NCBI GenBank assembly: GCA_964016885.1
Contig: OZ024741.1
Coordinates: 19,344,001-19,408,000 of the forward strand
Length of the DNA: 64,000 nt
DNA from: Eledone cirrhosa
Lineage: Eukaryota
Reading direction: 5' to 3'
A program made the position numbers and the translations under genes. The notes beneath the pieces are model-generated. The model was not told the origin of the DNA, ran no database searches, and was given only the letters and a program-made list of their open reading frames with translations. Below, one piece after another: positions 27,520 through 41,028 of the stretch; position 1 is the first letter of the stretch; each line of letters opens with the position of its first letter.

Positions 27520-30370
27520 TGTTTCTTTATTAGCCACAGGGGCACAAAAGACGGGGACAAATACAAAGGGGGAAGTTTACATACAATAAAAACGTGTAAA
27601 ATGTTATCACAAATGTAATTTAAAAAGTTAGTCGATTTTCCCCAATAGGGGGAGACAGTTTATATGGGTAACACATAACCCCGAAAAAATGTGCAACCCT
27701 CGTCTCAAGGAGTACGAAGAGTTGGTACTGCTTTCCTCTCCTCCTCCTTTTCCTCAACCTACAGGCTGATATAGAGAGAAGGCCCATTCACTCGGGCCAT
27801 TCTCGCCACTTTCACCCACCTTTCATAAAACTTGCTGGGGTACAGCACCTCTCTCTCCATCCTGATTCTTCTTCCAAAGTGGTATTTGAAAAAAAGAATC
27901 AGTTGTTGGCAGGAGAGAAAGGTGTCTGACCTCAGCCCTTTCAACCTTGTCCACCATACAACCTCTTTCGCCATAGCTATAACACAAAAGAAAACCGCCT
28001 CTCCTTCATTTTTGAAGGAGGGTGGCGGTTTGATCATGACAATGGACTCGGTGGTCAACTGGATTGGTCTCACCCGCGACAATAGTCGTTCTACATAGCC
28101 CCACAGTGACGCCCGGGCAGTGTATGAATGCGTGCGCGACGGTTTCTTCGTCTCGCACGCACCTCGGACAGATCTTTTTTGCAGGGTCCCTGCCCGGGCG
28201 CCCATGTCTGTAGAGCTTGTCTCGAACTGGTAGAGCTCCTCGGTAGCACTGCCAGGCCAGGGACTTTTGGAAGTTGTCCATCGGTCCCGGGCGGAAGGTC
28301 CTACCGAACAGACTGGCCAGTTCATCTTCCTCTACGCCTAGAGTTTCACCGAACGCATCGTCGCACTTGCTGCGGATCAACCCTCTATAGAATGACGAAG
28401 TGGAGTCTCCACTGATCGCCGGGTCCGCCTGCCAGAGGGCTGTGAGCGCCTGAGCACATTCGATGTGCCAGTCGCCCATTTTCCTCGGTCTTTGCTTGAC
28501 CCAGGACTGCAGCTCGGTCAGCGAGACGAGTCGTGGGAAGGCTCGCCTCACAAACGGGGCCCACACCGGTTGTCCGGTGAGGAATACGTAGAGATGCCGC
28601 AGCCTGAGCGCGTGTTTGCGCATCGTCAACCACGGCATCCCCAGCCCTCCGTTAGAAGGGTGTTGGCAGCAGATGGATCTTCTCACCAAAGGAGCCAGCC
28701 TCTTCCAAAGGAATCGGAAGAGCGCGCGTTCCATTTTGGCGAGCGTTTTGGCTGGACACGGCACGACGGTCAAGCGGTAGTAGATGGCGGACGCTATAAA
28801 AGTGTTCGCCACCTCCGCTCGACCTTTCAAGGATAGTTTGCACTCGGCCCACTTCTGGGTGAGTGCAAACACCTTGGCCGTCACTTCGTTCCAGTTCTTC
28901 TCCACCTGGAGGTCCGGACCAAACCAGACCCCGAGCAGCTTTACCGGTCCTTCCGTCCAGCGTCCGACGACGCCATCGGAAGGCATCGGTTTGCCTCTCC
29001 ACGATCCGAGTTGCAAACCGATGGACTTGTCCTGCTTCAGCTTCGCTCCTGTGAAACTTTCGTATTCCTTCAGTAAGGTGGCGACTTCCTCGATTTGCGA
29101 GGCGCTCGACACCATTACTGCCACGTCGTCGGCGTAGGCCGACGCCGCTTTCCGCAGTCCCGGTTCCAGAGGGATGCCCTGCAATAGCTCCAACTTCCGC
29201 AGTAGTGGCTCGAGAGTCAGTACATACAGAAGGGAGGAGAGAGGGCATCCCTGTCGAATGGATCGCGTAATATGGAACGGCTCCGAGAGGTAGCCGTTCA
29301 CCTTGACCCTTGAGCAGATGTTGCTGTTGTGCATTGCAGCAATCCAGCCCCTGAACACGGGTCCGAAGCCTGCCGCCTCGAGCACCGCATCCAGGTAACG
29401 ATGGTCAACCCTATCGAAAGCCTTAGACTGATCCAAGTTGATCAGGGCCCCACCGAAGCTGGGTTTACACCCTACCCTCTCTATGATGTATCGCATGAGG
29501 TGGAGGTTGTCGCGTATGGACCTGGTCGGGATTGCGCATGCCCGCGCTTCTCCCACCAGGTTCTCGACGACAAGCGCCAGCCTCTTTGCCAACACCTTGG
29601 CCAAAATCTGTAACTCTGTGTTTAGCAGAGTTATGGGCCGGAAGTTGCCTATGTTATCCCCCTTATTCTCGTCCTTCCTGATTAGTGTGACCACGCCCCC
29701 GGTACAGAACTGGGAATTCTCCCCGTTCTGTTGCCAGTTGCAGTAGACCGCTTCCAGGAGACCGGAGAATAAGTCCGGCATTGCTACGTAAAATTCGTAG
29801 GGTAGACCGTCGAGACCTGGAGATTTGCGTTTGCCGCATTGGCTCAGCGCGTCCCCTATCTCAGTGGCTGAAATCGGCTTTTCGCAGAACTTCGCCTCGC
29901 TGTCCGAGAGTCGCGGTAGGCCGTCGAGGTATGGACCGATATCCATAGCCTCTCCCGGCACACCGTCCCCCCCCCGAACAGCTGAGCAAAGTGCCGCTGA
30001 AAAGCCGCACACATCTGCTTCGGCTCACGTATCACGCGTCCGTTTTGGTCCTTCAAAGACCGAATCGTGGACTTGTTGCCACTTTTTGCCTCCGTCACTC
30101 GGGCCCAGCTAACAGCTTTGGCTCCCTCGTTTCCCAGAGCACGTATTTTGTTTCAGACAACGCAGCCCTCGTGCTTTGCGTCGAAGAACTGGTCCAAGGC
30201 CGTTCTCGTTGCTAGCACGCTGGCTACGTTGCCACTTCTAATTGCCTCTTCTACTTTATCTACCAGTTCCTTCTCGGTTCTATTTCTATCTAACGCTAAT
30301 TCTTTACTAAAAACTATCGAGTCTAATCTAACTGCCCTCTCGAGAGAGTACCACCATCTGTTGTTGACAA
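27520..30370 (-). mobile_element. 5'-truncated Tx1/L1-clade LINE in (GATA)n
   Basis: GC-rich block ending in AATAAAgaaacatatctatctat on the minus strand. Both flanks contain atagatag(a/c)cagatatatagata. Confidence 0.9.
28006..30012 (-). CDS. Non-LTR reverse transcriptase (Tx1-like ORF2 C-terminal part; frameshifted near 28100 and 30010)
   Basis: KSPGLDGLPYEFY, NFRPITLLNTE, LDQSKAFDRVDH, RQGCPLS, AYADD, GGLGMP and zinc knuckle CPRC..EETVAHAFIHC. The C-terminus continues in the 27759-28325 frame. Confidence 0.92.
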   Translation of the reverse strand: MCGFSAALCSAVRGGDGVPGEAMDIGPYLDGLPRLSDSEAKFCEKPISATEIGDALSQCGKRKSPGLDGLPYEFYVAMPDLFSGLLEAVYCNWQQNGENSQFCTGGVVTLIRKDENKGDNIGNFRPITLLNTELQILAKVLAKRLALVVENLVGEARACAIPTRSIRDNLHLMRYIIERVGCKPSFGGALINLDQSKAFDRVDHRYLDAVLEAAGFGPVFRGWIAAMHNSNICSRVKVNGYLSEPFHITRSIRQGCPLSSLLYVLTLEPLLRKLELLQGIPLEPGLRKAASAYADDVAVMVSSASQIEEVATLLKEYESFTGAKLKQDKSIGLQLGSWRGKPMPSDGVVGRWTEGPVKLLGVWFGPDLQVEKNWNEVTAKVFALTQKWAECKLSLKGRAEVANTFIASAIYYRLTVVPCPAKTLAKMERALFRFLWKRLAPLVRRSICCQHPSNGGLGMPWLTMRKHALRLRHLYVFLTGQPVWAPFVRRAFPRLVSLTELQSWVKQRPRKMGDWHIECAQALTALWQADPAISGDSTSSFYRGLIRSKCDDAFGETLGVEEDELASLFGRTFRPGPMDNFQKSLAWQCYRGALPVRDKLYRHGRPGRDPAKKICPRCVRDEETVAHAFIHCPGVTVGLCRTTIVAGETNPVDHRVHCHDQTATLLQK

Positions 30371-31156
30371 TAGATAAATAGATAGCCAGATATATAGATA
30401 AATAAATAGATATGTATGTAGATATATATAGATGCAGATATACATATATATATATAAGTTTGTGTGTATTCGAGTGTTTGTCGGTGTAGGTGTATTAAAA
30501 CTCAAAACAAATTGTCTTGAGTCATATTTTTATTGCCAAAATATAGTTCATATAAAAATTAAATTTCCTCTTTAAAAAAACATAAATAATTCCAATTCCT
30601 TTGAATTCAGAATTAGTTCTTTGTAAAAGACAAAACATTAAAAATATTGAACATGAAATTCTTCAAAGAATGAATTAATTATATTTATGAAACAAAAGAA
30701 GGAAATTGATTTCTACACATTTAATCATTAACAAGTCAAAATTCTGAAATGGCATCGAAAATTCAATAATGGTATCAATTTTGTCATATTCCAATGTCAT
30801 TTTTATTAAAACGAAGATATTCAATAAATTATGGTGTTTCTATATTACTTCAGATACGCCAATGCATTACATCAATAAATTATAGTTTTGTTCATCATAA
30901 TTTATATAGATTTATTATTTGTAAGATGCAACAGAAGTGGCGACTCATTGCATTATGGCAACCACTAGAAAAAGTTACAAACACAAAGATGTTAGGGTAA
31001 AATAATTTATGATTCATGATCATTTGTTTTAATTGATTACAAATTAATTTATGTTATATATTTAATCGATATATCTGTCACCTCACCATCACTGTTTTGA
31101 GACGTCGGTAGTTTCGACGAAATTATGAGCAACCATTTACTTTTAACAACAAATAT

Positions 31157-31211
<55 letters not shown>

Positions 31212-32052
31212 ATATATATATTTAGTTCATATAGACGGAGAAATAATTCAACACCATCTATGGAAAAATATGTTCTGGGAAACGACACCTCATGCATTGA
31301 AGTAACGATACCAAAACTGCATTAAATCTGAAAGGAATACATATATTAATCATGTAGGAAATTAGGGGAAAATGAACTTGTTAAGGCTTTGTGGAAATAA
31401 GATATATTCAATTTCTCTAATTATTTGGAAGAGAACCGTACTAAACACACACTTGAAACCAGATGCAAGGAAAGGAAGCTCAATTGATATTGATAAACTC
31501 TTGCGTTTAACTAGTAATTTAAGGCTAAATATATATTTAACCGCTCAACGTTAAGTTACATTAGCCAAAACATGTTAATAAAGAATATGGCTATGTAAAA
31601 AATATATAACAAATCTTGTCTTTCTGTTTGGTGGTATAAAGTGACATATCAGCACAATATGACGACTAAGATTATGTATTGCATTTAACTGATGAGAAAT
31701 ACTTATGTAATAGATGTTCTGCTCTGGTCCGGAGTAGTAGTACCTGTTAGGGCCCGATTTATGGGTTAAATAATTACCTTATTCGAGTGGCGCCGGTAAG
31801 GTATTATCAGCCATTGAAAAGAAGAAAGAAGAAGAAAAAAAATATATATATATATATATATATTTTTTCTTTTCAATGGCTGACAATACCTTACTATATA
31901 TATATATATAGAGAGAGAGAGAGACAGAGAGAGCAAGAGAGAGAGGGAGGTAAGTGTGTATGTATGTATACGTGTATGCGTATACATATATATATAACAA
32001 ATGGTATATATATATGACTAGCTTTTGCCACATCTATTACATAAGTATTTCT

Positions 32053-32084
<32 letters not shown>

Positions 32085-32666
32085 TGTATGTATGTATGTA
32101 TGTATGTATGTATGTATGTATGTATGTATGTATGTGTGTGCGTGTGTGTGTGTGTATGTGTGTGTGTGTTTGAAAAGAAATGTGTGTATATTTAATTGGA
32201 AGTATGTTTCATATGTTATGTTTCTGTGCTGTATAGAAAAGACGATTTAAAAAAAGGAATTGTCGTTAAAAATCTATCTTAGATTTATTTGCTGACATTG
32301 TCATTATCCTGCCCTTGTTGTTATACTACTGGACACTAATCGTTCTTATAGTTATGCTTTGTTCCGGGATAATCTTCATTGTTGATTTTTAACGTCATTT
32401 CCAATAAACACTTAAACGTTATACAAACAAGGACACTATGATTGATCGTTTAAAATATACACACAACACACAAAGACCGAAGACAACGGACAGAAGACAG
32501 AAAAATAGAAGACTCCACAAAAAAATATATTAAAAATCAAAATAAAAACTGTTGTATATATAGGTTGGAAGTCAGTGATTTCCGATGATGAGTGTTCTAA
32601 TGGTTTAAACAACAAAGCAGCTTGCTCGGGAAGTTAACATGAAAATGGCCGAACATACCACGTAAT

Positions 32667-33040
32667 AATTGTTTCTACATTTGGCACAAGGCCAGCAATT
32701 ACCCAGTGTATTACTGGTACTTTATTTTATCGACCCCGTAAGGATGAAAGGCAAAGTTAACCTCGGCGGGATTTTGAAATCAGAATGGCAAGGGCCGTAA
32801 CTCTATGCTACAAAGCATGGCGTCCGACTCTCTACCGATACTGCCAATCCACCAGGTAATAATTATTTCTGATTTAGGTACCAGGCCAACAATTTTAAGG
32901 GAAGGGAAAGTCAATTAAATCGATCCCAGTGCATTACTGTTAGTTTATTTTATCGACCCCTGTAAGGATGAAAGACAAAGCTAACCATGGCGGGGTTTGA
33001 ACTCAGAACGCAAAGGGCCGTAACTCTATGCCACGAAGCA
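32667..33040 (-). mobile_element. Two tandem SINE family 1 copies
   Basis: 32667-32855 and a diverged copy at 32861-33040. Confidence 0.85.
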
Positions 33041-33132
33041 ATCCAATAAACACATTTGACGTCACTCACCGTGAGATTCAACGTCACTCAGTGTGTGGCA
33101 AGGCTGATCTCTTTTAATTACTGGTACGTGAA

Positions 33133-33250
33133 GGCGCGTGGCTGAGTGGTTAGAGAATTGGACTCTCAATCGTGAGGTTGTAAGTTCGATTCCCGGACCG
33201 AGCGAAGCGTTATGTCCTTGGCCAAGACACTTTACTTCACGTTGCTCCTT
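33133..33250 (+). mobile_element. SINE family 2 (CORE-like) 5' part
   Basis: tggctgagtggtt A box, gttcgattcc B box, ccttggccaagacacttt. Confidence 0.75.
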
Positions 33251-33489
33251 CTACCTGGAGTTGCGACCGATAGATAATACTAGCAATTGGAAAGACCAAT
33301 GGAAACATTGTTTCCTTGAGTCCGATTTGACGAAAGTCGATCGACTGTTGATACTTATTTAAGACAGTTGAGTTGGTGCAACGTCAAATAACGTATTTAG
33401 ATGGAGGACATATTGCACCACGCTGAAATTGAACTCATATCCTCACGATTGTGAACACATACATAGAAACATGTAATATCCGTTCTCAC

Positions 33490-33640
33490 ACAGTCGAGCT
33501 CCTCCATAAAATCGGAGCGTCAAACGCCTGTCTGAGGAAGGAGGTGGAGTGGCTGTTGCAACGGGTGTTGCTGGCCTTTCTCCGCGGAAATACCTTTGCA
33601 GTTTTGTCCACGGGGTGCAGCCGAAACACCACTCTGACAT
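33490..33640 (+). mobile_element. Probable CRE-clade non-LTR retrotransposon 3' remnant
   Basis: LLHKIG..EVEWLLQRVLLAFLRGNTFAVL resembles the L.QR.S.AI.RGN..VL end of CRE restriction-like endonucleases. The match is short. Confidence 0.55.
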
Positions 33641-33914
33641 GGGCACAGAGTCGTGTCACCTTTTCCCCATCTCCCTATCTTTCTTCCATTTCCTATTAGT
33701 CCTTGCTCTTTCTCTCCTTTATTTCACATTTCCTCTACTTCCCTATACAGCCAGACCTTGTTTTTTCATTACTTAATTGTTTTCATCTTTTTTTGATATT
33801 TCCATCATTGTATAACTTCTGTAAAATATAGTTGACACATGTTTATGTATAATAGATATCAAAATAAAATAAAGGTGAATATTTTACTCTTTTACAAATA
33901 TAATATAATATGTT

Positions 33915-33989
<75 letters not shown>

Positions 33990-34332
33990 CTCTAGCTGTC
34001 AGTAAGGCCTCAGACTTATGTTAAGTCGTTGGTTTAACTTCTCTCTCTCTCTCTCTCCCGATTACTTACATACATATGCTTCTCCTCGTATTGCCCCCTT
34101 TTATGCGTTTTTTTCTCTTTCCTCCTTTTTTCCTTCCCCCAAAACTATCAAAAGTTATTGACGCACTGGGGATGGACATATTGCCTTGAAAATGTCGGAG
34201 ACCTCCAGCAGACAACTGAATAGGGGACCTGTTCCTTGTTTGTGCTTCCCTTTTATTTTTAAATACACTTTATCAAGTAAACACACAGCCACTTGTTTCT
34301 TCTATTATATATATATATATTTAATATAGAAA

Positions 34333-34383
34333 AGCTTCTACAGAACTAGAACTGTTTCATTCGTGATAAATCATCAGGAAGCT
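34333..34383 (-). ncRNA. Type I hammerhead ribozyme (same family as 6564-6610)
   Basis: agcttc CTGATGA ttt atcac gaat GAAA cag ttctagtt ctg TA gaagct. Confidence 0.8.
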
Positions 34384-34585
34384 GATGTATATATCTATCT
34401 ATCTATATTTATATAAAACATATATAAAATATAAATGTTAACAATTTCTCTGTTAGCCAAGCTATTTACATATATGGGCCCGTAAATATGAATGCGTAAA
34501 TATTAAGGTACCAATAGCTATTCATATACACAATAACAATAACACGCATGCACACACTCAGATATGTCAACACAGGCACATACAA

Positions 34586-34665
<80 letters not shown>

Positions 34666-34943
34666 ACACAGACACAGACACAGACACAGACACAGACACA
34701 CACACTAATTATAGGAATATAAAACTACCCCAAATTATAGGAATAAACAGGAAACGCTGTAAATGAACGCTAAAAGCGTTTATCAAAAGTTGTGATTAAT
34801 ACTATTCTATTGATTGAGACCGACTGCCTAGTTACGGATGTTTACGGAAACTGACGGAAAAGAGAAGTCAAATGATTGATGACAGATGGGATTTAAATAT
34901 GAACGTATATGTATGTATGTATGTATGGATGGATGTATGTATG

Positions 34944-36036
34944 TAGGAGAAGGAAAACTCTGATATAACACCTGCAACTCTGATGGTATCCAATGATGTT
35001 GACTTGTTCTTCTTTTTGGTAAATATCATCTTGGTTAAGAGAGTGGGACTGGCTTTGTGCAGTGCCTTTGCTCACTATAAAAGCTTCACGGCACAGGCAT
35101 TGCTTTATATCTGGAGATCTCTCTGTACTTGTCGTCACATGGTACCATGGGCCCAGCACTATGTGTCAATAATTGTCACAAATGTAGTGTTTGTGCCAGA
35201 GTTTTCAAGTTGCTGGCTGGACTAAAAAGTCACACTCGTCACACTCGTTCAGCGCATCGGTAGGGGTTCTCCTACATGGATATAAAGTAGTGGCCGTACT
35301 CGAAAACGAGTTGGCGGCCACCATGTATGTATGTATGTAGGTAGGTATGTAAACATGTATGTATGTATGTATGTATGTATGTATGTATGTATGTATGTAT
35401 GTATGTATGTATGTATGTATGTATGTCAGGCCACCAGTTGGTGCTACTGGGAACATGTATCCCAGTACAACCTGTCCCATGGTCGCGTCGTTGGCGACTA
35501 AACTGGTAACCCCACCAAGGTTTCTTGGTGAGGAGGGTGACTTTGGACATCCTGCAGGACTAAAAACAAAACCTGTCAAAGGGCAAATGAGCTCTTAAGA
35601 GTCAATGGCCATCCAAAATCACGGGGAGAGATGACCCCTTAGCCTTTGTCAAGGCAGAATTCTAGGAGAAGGAAAACTCTGATATAACACCTGCAACCCT
35701 GATGGTATCCAATGATGTTGACTTGTTCTTCTTTTTGGTAAATATCATCTTGGTTAAGAGAGTGGGACTGGCTTTGTGCAGTGCCTTTGCTCACTATAAA
35801 AACTTCACGGCACAGGCATTGCTTTATATCTGGAGATCTCTCTGCACTTGTCGTCACATGGTACCATGGGCCCAGCACTATGTGTCAATAATTGTCACAA
35901 GTGTAGTGTTTGTACCAGAGTTTTCAAGTCGCTGGCTGTACTAAAAAGCCACACTCGTTCAGCGCATTGGTAGGGGTTCTCCTACATGGATATAAAGTAG
36001 TGGCCGTACTCGAAAACGAGTTGGCAGCCACCATGT
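34944..36036 (+). mobile_element. Tandem pair of a non-coding, probably RTE-related retroposon in (ATGT)n
   Basis: 34944-35325 is nearly identical to 35663-36036. The longer copy starts at about 35426. Both end in the hairpin gtggcc..ctcg aaaa cgag..gccac followed by (ATGT)n. aggagaaggaaaactctga resembles RTE 5' regions. Confidence 0.6.
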
Positions 36037-36183
36037 AAGCATGTATGTATGTAAACATGTATAAATGTATGTATGTAAGTATGTATATGTATGTATGTAT
36101 GTAGGTATGTAAACATGTATGTATGTATATATGAATATATGTATATGTGTATGTATATATGTATGCATGTGTATATGCATATA

Positions 36184-36231
<48 letters not shown>

Positions 36232-36338
36232 CCTCCCTATTATGCTCAATCATAGTTATTATGTAAAGTAACGAGGCTTGACAGAAGACAGATGTTAGAT
36301 GAACGTTGGAGATTTAAAAAATACGCACATATGTATAT

Positions 36339-36429
<91 letters not shown>

Positions 36430-37247
36430 TATACACACACAAACACACATAGATCCATGCATGTATATATATACATACATTTATACACACATACATATAT
36501 GTATGTATATATGTGTGTGTATGAGCGTGTATGTATATTGGCGTCTGTGTACCTTATACGAGTATAGTAGAAACTAAAACTAATATTTTCCAACAAAAGA
36601 AAACCTTGAAAGGCACAAATGACATTTCTGTGGAAAGGGATTCAAATTGAGAGAGATACAATAACATATATAATGAAGGCATGTTTGAATTAAGTTGGCT
36701 TCTTTCGTATGATACTTATCATATATTTCAATTATTTGATAAATGAATATATATATGGAATGTATTTCTAAACATACGTCTAAACATACATTGGACACAC
36801 TCATAGACAGCATAAAAAGAATAAAAAAGATGGAGAAAGATAAAAATATATTAATGTATGTATATGTACCATTTGTGTTGTTATTTCTGTTTACCTTTTA
36901 CATATATATATGTATACATATGTGTATATAAATAAATATATATATATGTATATATATATATGTCTATGTATATAAATAAATAAATAGATTTAAACATATA
37001 TATATATGTGTGTAAATATATATATTTCGTAAATTTAATTAGTGATAACGGTTTTCGTTTTGTTTATAGAGTTAATTATATTATTAACCAAACAAACATT
37101 GGACAGTTGCAATGAACACAAATGAGAGTTGTAATATATACAGATGGCTAATTGAACACACAAGTGCTGTCACACCCACCAATTCTTTTCCAGTTGCTTC
37201 ATCTACTCACTTTCGTATCTCTTTCTATCTCTATATTTCACATTCCA

Positions 37248-37283
37248 TCTTCTGATGAAGGACTTACGTCAGAAACGTTAAGA
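37248..37283 (+). ncRNA. Minimal type I hammerhead ribozyme
   Basis: tctt CTGATGA ag gac ttac gtc a GAAA cg TT aaga; palindromic AACGTT stem III as in dimer-requiring PLE HHRs. Confidence 0.7.
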
Positions 37284-37311
37284 CTGTTTTCTTATTATAT
37301 CAAGCGTTAAA

Positions 37312-37433
<122 letters not shown>

Positions 37434-37587
37434 TATTTATATATATATATCATCTCTGTACTGTATCATTTTGGCGTGTTGTTTATCCGGTTACTTTTCG
37501 CAGATATATATCTTGGGTTGTAACATAAATTCCCGCCGTTGTTATAAAACTTCTTAATAAAGAAAGTGCGTGAATTTATGTTGCAAC

Positions 37588-37636
<49 letters not shown>

Positions 37637-37796
37637 TTATTCAAACAAACATTGCAGCAATAAATTAACTGTAAATATTGATGAAAAAAATAAAAAATGT
37701 GGTTTGTAAGTTTAGTTGTCAGCGTTTAAAATTACATATGGAATCTGGCGTGAAGTAAAAACGCCTGTAGTGTTGAATTATGCAGAATTGTTTAGG

Positions 37797-37830
<34 letters not shown>

Positions 37831-37869
37831 GTAATCTGAGTTTTTCGAATATTAATAATAATATTCGAT

Positions 37870-38470
37870 TCGTTTGCAATTAGGCAAACAGCCTCATTTA
37901 AGCCATTTAAACATTAAAAACCCTAGCATAGTTTTCGAGGCTACGCTTTGTGATAAAGAAGTCCTTTCTTTGTTACACGATTGCGATGCCCATACCCTTT
38001 ATAAGTTCTGTAAAGATATAATAGAAACCTTTCATGAACTAAGACTGAAGACCATTGTAAATATTAAACTCTCTAATGCCAATTTCCTTGACGTAAACTT
38101 AGAATTGGTCACAGGCTCTTATAATGTTTATCATGAATCCAATGAAGAACTTAAAAAAATCTAGACTCTACTATTGGACGTAGTATTTCTAATCTGTCAT
38201 CATCTGAGGGGATACTTAATAAGGCAGCACCTGCAACAGGGCTCTACAAGAAAGAGTCTTCAAAGATAAAATTATGCACACACCTAGCACCCTGTACTTC
38301 ACATAACAGCACTCAAAATAGGAATAGAAACATTACCTGGTTCAACTCTCCCATTTCCCTAAACGTAAAATCTAACGTAGGTAAGGAGTTTTAAAGTCCA
38401 AAGTCTGATAGATAAGTATCCCCTTTCCAACACAATTATAGATAAGAATCAAGTAGGCATTCTGGTAAAA
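37870..38470 (+). pseudogene. Highly decayed PLE RT-thumb fragment
   Basis: ANFLDVNLELVTGSYNVYH and downstream RNRNITWFNSP match the 3372-4439 frame (NFLDISLNLDTGLYYPYH; IWYNAP). Confidence 0.7.
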
Positions 38471-38609
38471 TCAATATATATATATATGTATGTAAAAGGT
38501 AAACAGAAATAACAACACAATCGGTACAGTATATGGAAGGGATATATTAGGTTAAGGCTTGAAATAGAAGGTAGAAGGTCTTAATATATATATATATATA
38601 TATATATAT

Positions 38610-40085
38610 AGTAATAATAATAAATTTGAAGACTAAAATCCAAAGAGGGCTCGATAAGGATAAATATATATCAAATATATAAGAACCGTAGAGCAAATAT
38701 TTATTAAAATAACAGATTAAAGTTTAAGCAAAGAATCGGTGCTTTCACCCTTAACGGGATCTTCTGAAACTAACAAAGTCAATCTGTAAACGCAGGACTG
38801 CATATTTCAAAAAAACGTTGCAACCGGAGGAAGACAGGAAGACGATACTTTGGTTCGTGGTAACGTTCGCTGGCAAAGAACGGGAAAAAACGAATATAAT
38901 TGTTTCTACTTTTGGCACAAGGCCAGCAATTACCCAGTGTATTACTGGTACTTTATTTTATCGACCCCATAAGGATGAAAGGCAAAGTTAACCTCGGCGG
39001 GATTTGAACTCAGAATGGCAAGGGCCGTAACTCTATGCGTCAAAGCATGGCGTCCGACCCTCTACCGATACTGCCAATCCACTGGCCACTGGAAAAAACG
39101 AATATAATACGTCATTAATAGGAGCGGTGAAAAACAATTACGCGCAAAGACAGAACCACGTTTATGGTATAAAAGAGGTCATAGACTAATGTTCTCTTAG
39201 GTGGTGCATAGAGACGTTCTCTGGCAATGAACGAAAAAAAAAACGAAGCTAAGAACAATAGCACGCAAAGACAAAACCACGTAAATGGTATAGCAGAAGT
39301 CGTAGACTAAAATTCTAACTAGGAGACCGAATGAATCTCCGCTACAGAGTTAAGAACAAAGTAAATAAATACAATACAGAAGTAATAGAAATAAATAAAT
39401 ACATACACGCAAACAAATACGTACATACACAAGCATACGCAAAAACTACCATAGGTAAACAAAACCACGCACATATAAATATGTGTGTGTGTGTATGCGT
39501 GTATACAAATAAATAAATAATTATATAAACGTATATAAATAAATAAATACGTATATAACAAGCGCACACACATACCCACATGTAAATACACGAATGTTCG
39601 GAGACGTAAGTCAACCAAAACATGAAGTACGCATATACACACGCCCACCATACGTACGAACCTGCATACTCACACGGTTAGAATTTTAGTCTACGACTTC
39701 TGCTATACCATTTACTCGGTTTTGTCTTTGCGTGCTATTGTTCTTAGCTTCGTTTTTTTTCGTTCATTGCCAGAGAACGTCTCTATGCACCACCTAAGAG
39801 AACATTAGTCTACGACCTCTTTTATACCATAAACGTGGTTCTGTCTTTGCGCGTAATTGTTTTTCACCACTCCTATTAATGACGTATTATATTCGTTTTT
39901 TCCCGTTCTTTGCCAGCGAACGTTACCACGAACCAAAGTATCGTCTTCCTGTCTTCCTCCGGTTGCAACGTTTTTTGAAATATCCAGTCCTGCGTTTACA
40001 GATTGACTTTGTTAGTTTCAGAAGATCCGGTTAAGGGTGAAAGCAGCGATTCTTTGCTTAAACTTTAATCTGTTATTTTAATAAA
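38610..40085 (-). mobile_element. ORF-less PLE tail fold-back (family of 13306/16097)
   Basis: 38697-39320 and 39677-40085 are near-identical inverted arms once the SINE in the left arm is removed. (TA)n flanks. Confidence 0.85.
38901..39090 (-). mobile_element. SINE family 1 copy with 18-bp TSD
   Basis: TSD ggaaaaaacgaatataat at 38883-38900 and 39091-39108. The empty site is visible in the mate arm at about 39885-39903. Confidence 0.9.
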
Positions 40086-40100
40086 TATATATATATATAT

Positions 40101-41028
40101 AAAGAATTAATATCTAGTAACATATATATATACATACAGATGCATATCAATGCTAGCAAATATATAGGTTTTGTCTTAGTAACTTTGTGGTTCAATGCAT
40201 GGGGTTTCAGAACAATAATATGAGAGACGTAAAATAAGAAAATTATAAAATTAACTTACTTACTAAAATTTCACGATGGCTAGGAATTCAGTCCACGCTT
40301 TGCTCTTTTCTATCCACTGAATTATTTTTGAATAAGTTTCCAGAGTCCACGCTTTGCCTGGATACTTAGCTGAGAATAGTCTTCCCTGACGACGAAATGA
40401 TTCTCTATATTTTCTTCGGAAAGTATATTTATTCCATTTCAGAAACTAATTAGTTGGGAGTGAAATTTTAGTAAGTAAGTTAATTTTATAATTTTCTTAT
40501 TTTACGTTTCTCATATTATTGTTCTGCAACCCCATGCATTGAACCACAAAGTTACTAAGACAAAACCTATATATTTGCTGGCATTGATATGCATCTGTAT
40601 GTATATATATGTTACTAGATAATAATTCTTTATAATTATCTCCAAATTATTTGTCGAGCAATATTGGCCAAGACTGCTGCTATGGTAGCAAGCAGGCCGC
40701 TGTCTTATTAACAAACCACTTTCCACTGATTGACCTCGATGTCACGTGATTGATTCTTTTTGAATTTGCCACCGACGCAGAGGCAGTGATTTTCTCAATG
40801 GCTAGGAATTCAGTCCACGCTTTGCTATTTTCTATCCACTGAATTATTTTTGAATAAGTTTCCAGAGTCCACGCTTTGCCTGGATACTTAGCTGAGAATA
40901 GTCTTCCCTGACGACGAAATGATTCTCTATATTTTCTTCGGAAAGTATATTTATTCCATTTCAGAAACTAATTAGTTGGGAGTGAAATTTTAGTAAGTAA
41001 ATTAATTTTATAATTTTCTTATTTTACG

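Noticed and set aside
28128-30381. Plus-strand ORFs over the LINE
   Set aside because: Antisense shadows of a GC-rich RT gene.
33133-33210. tRNA gene
   Set aside because: A and B boxes run into a SINE core, with no full cloverleaf or terminator.
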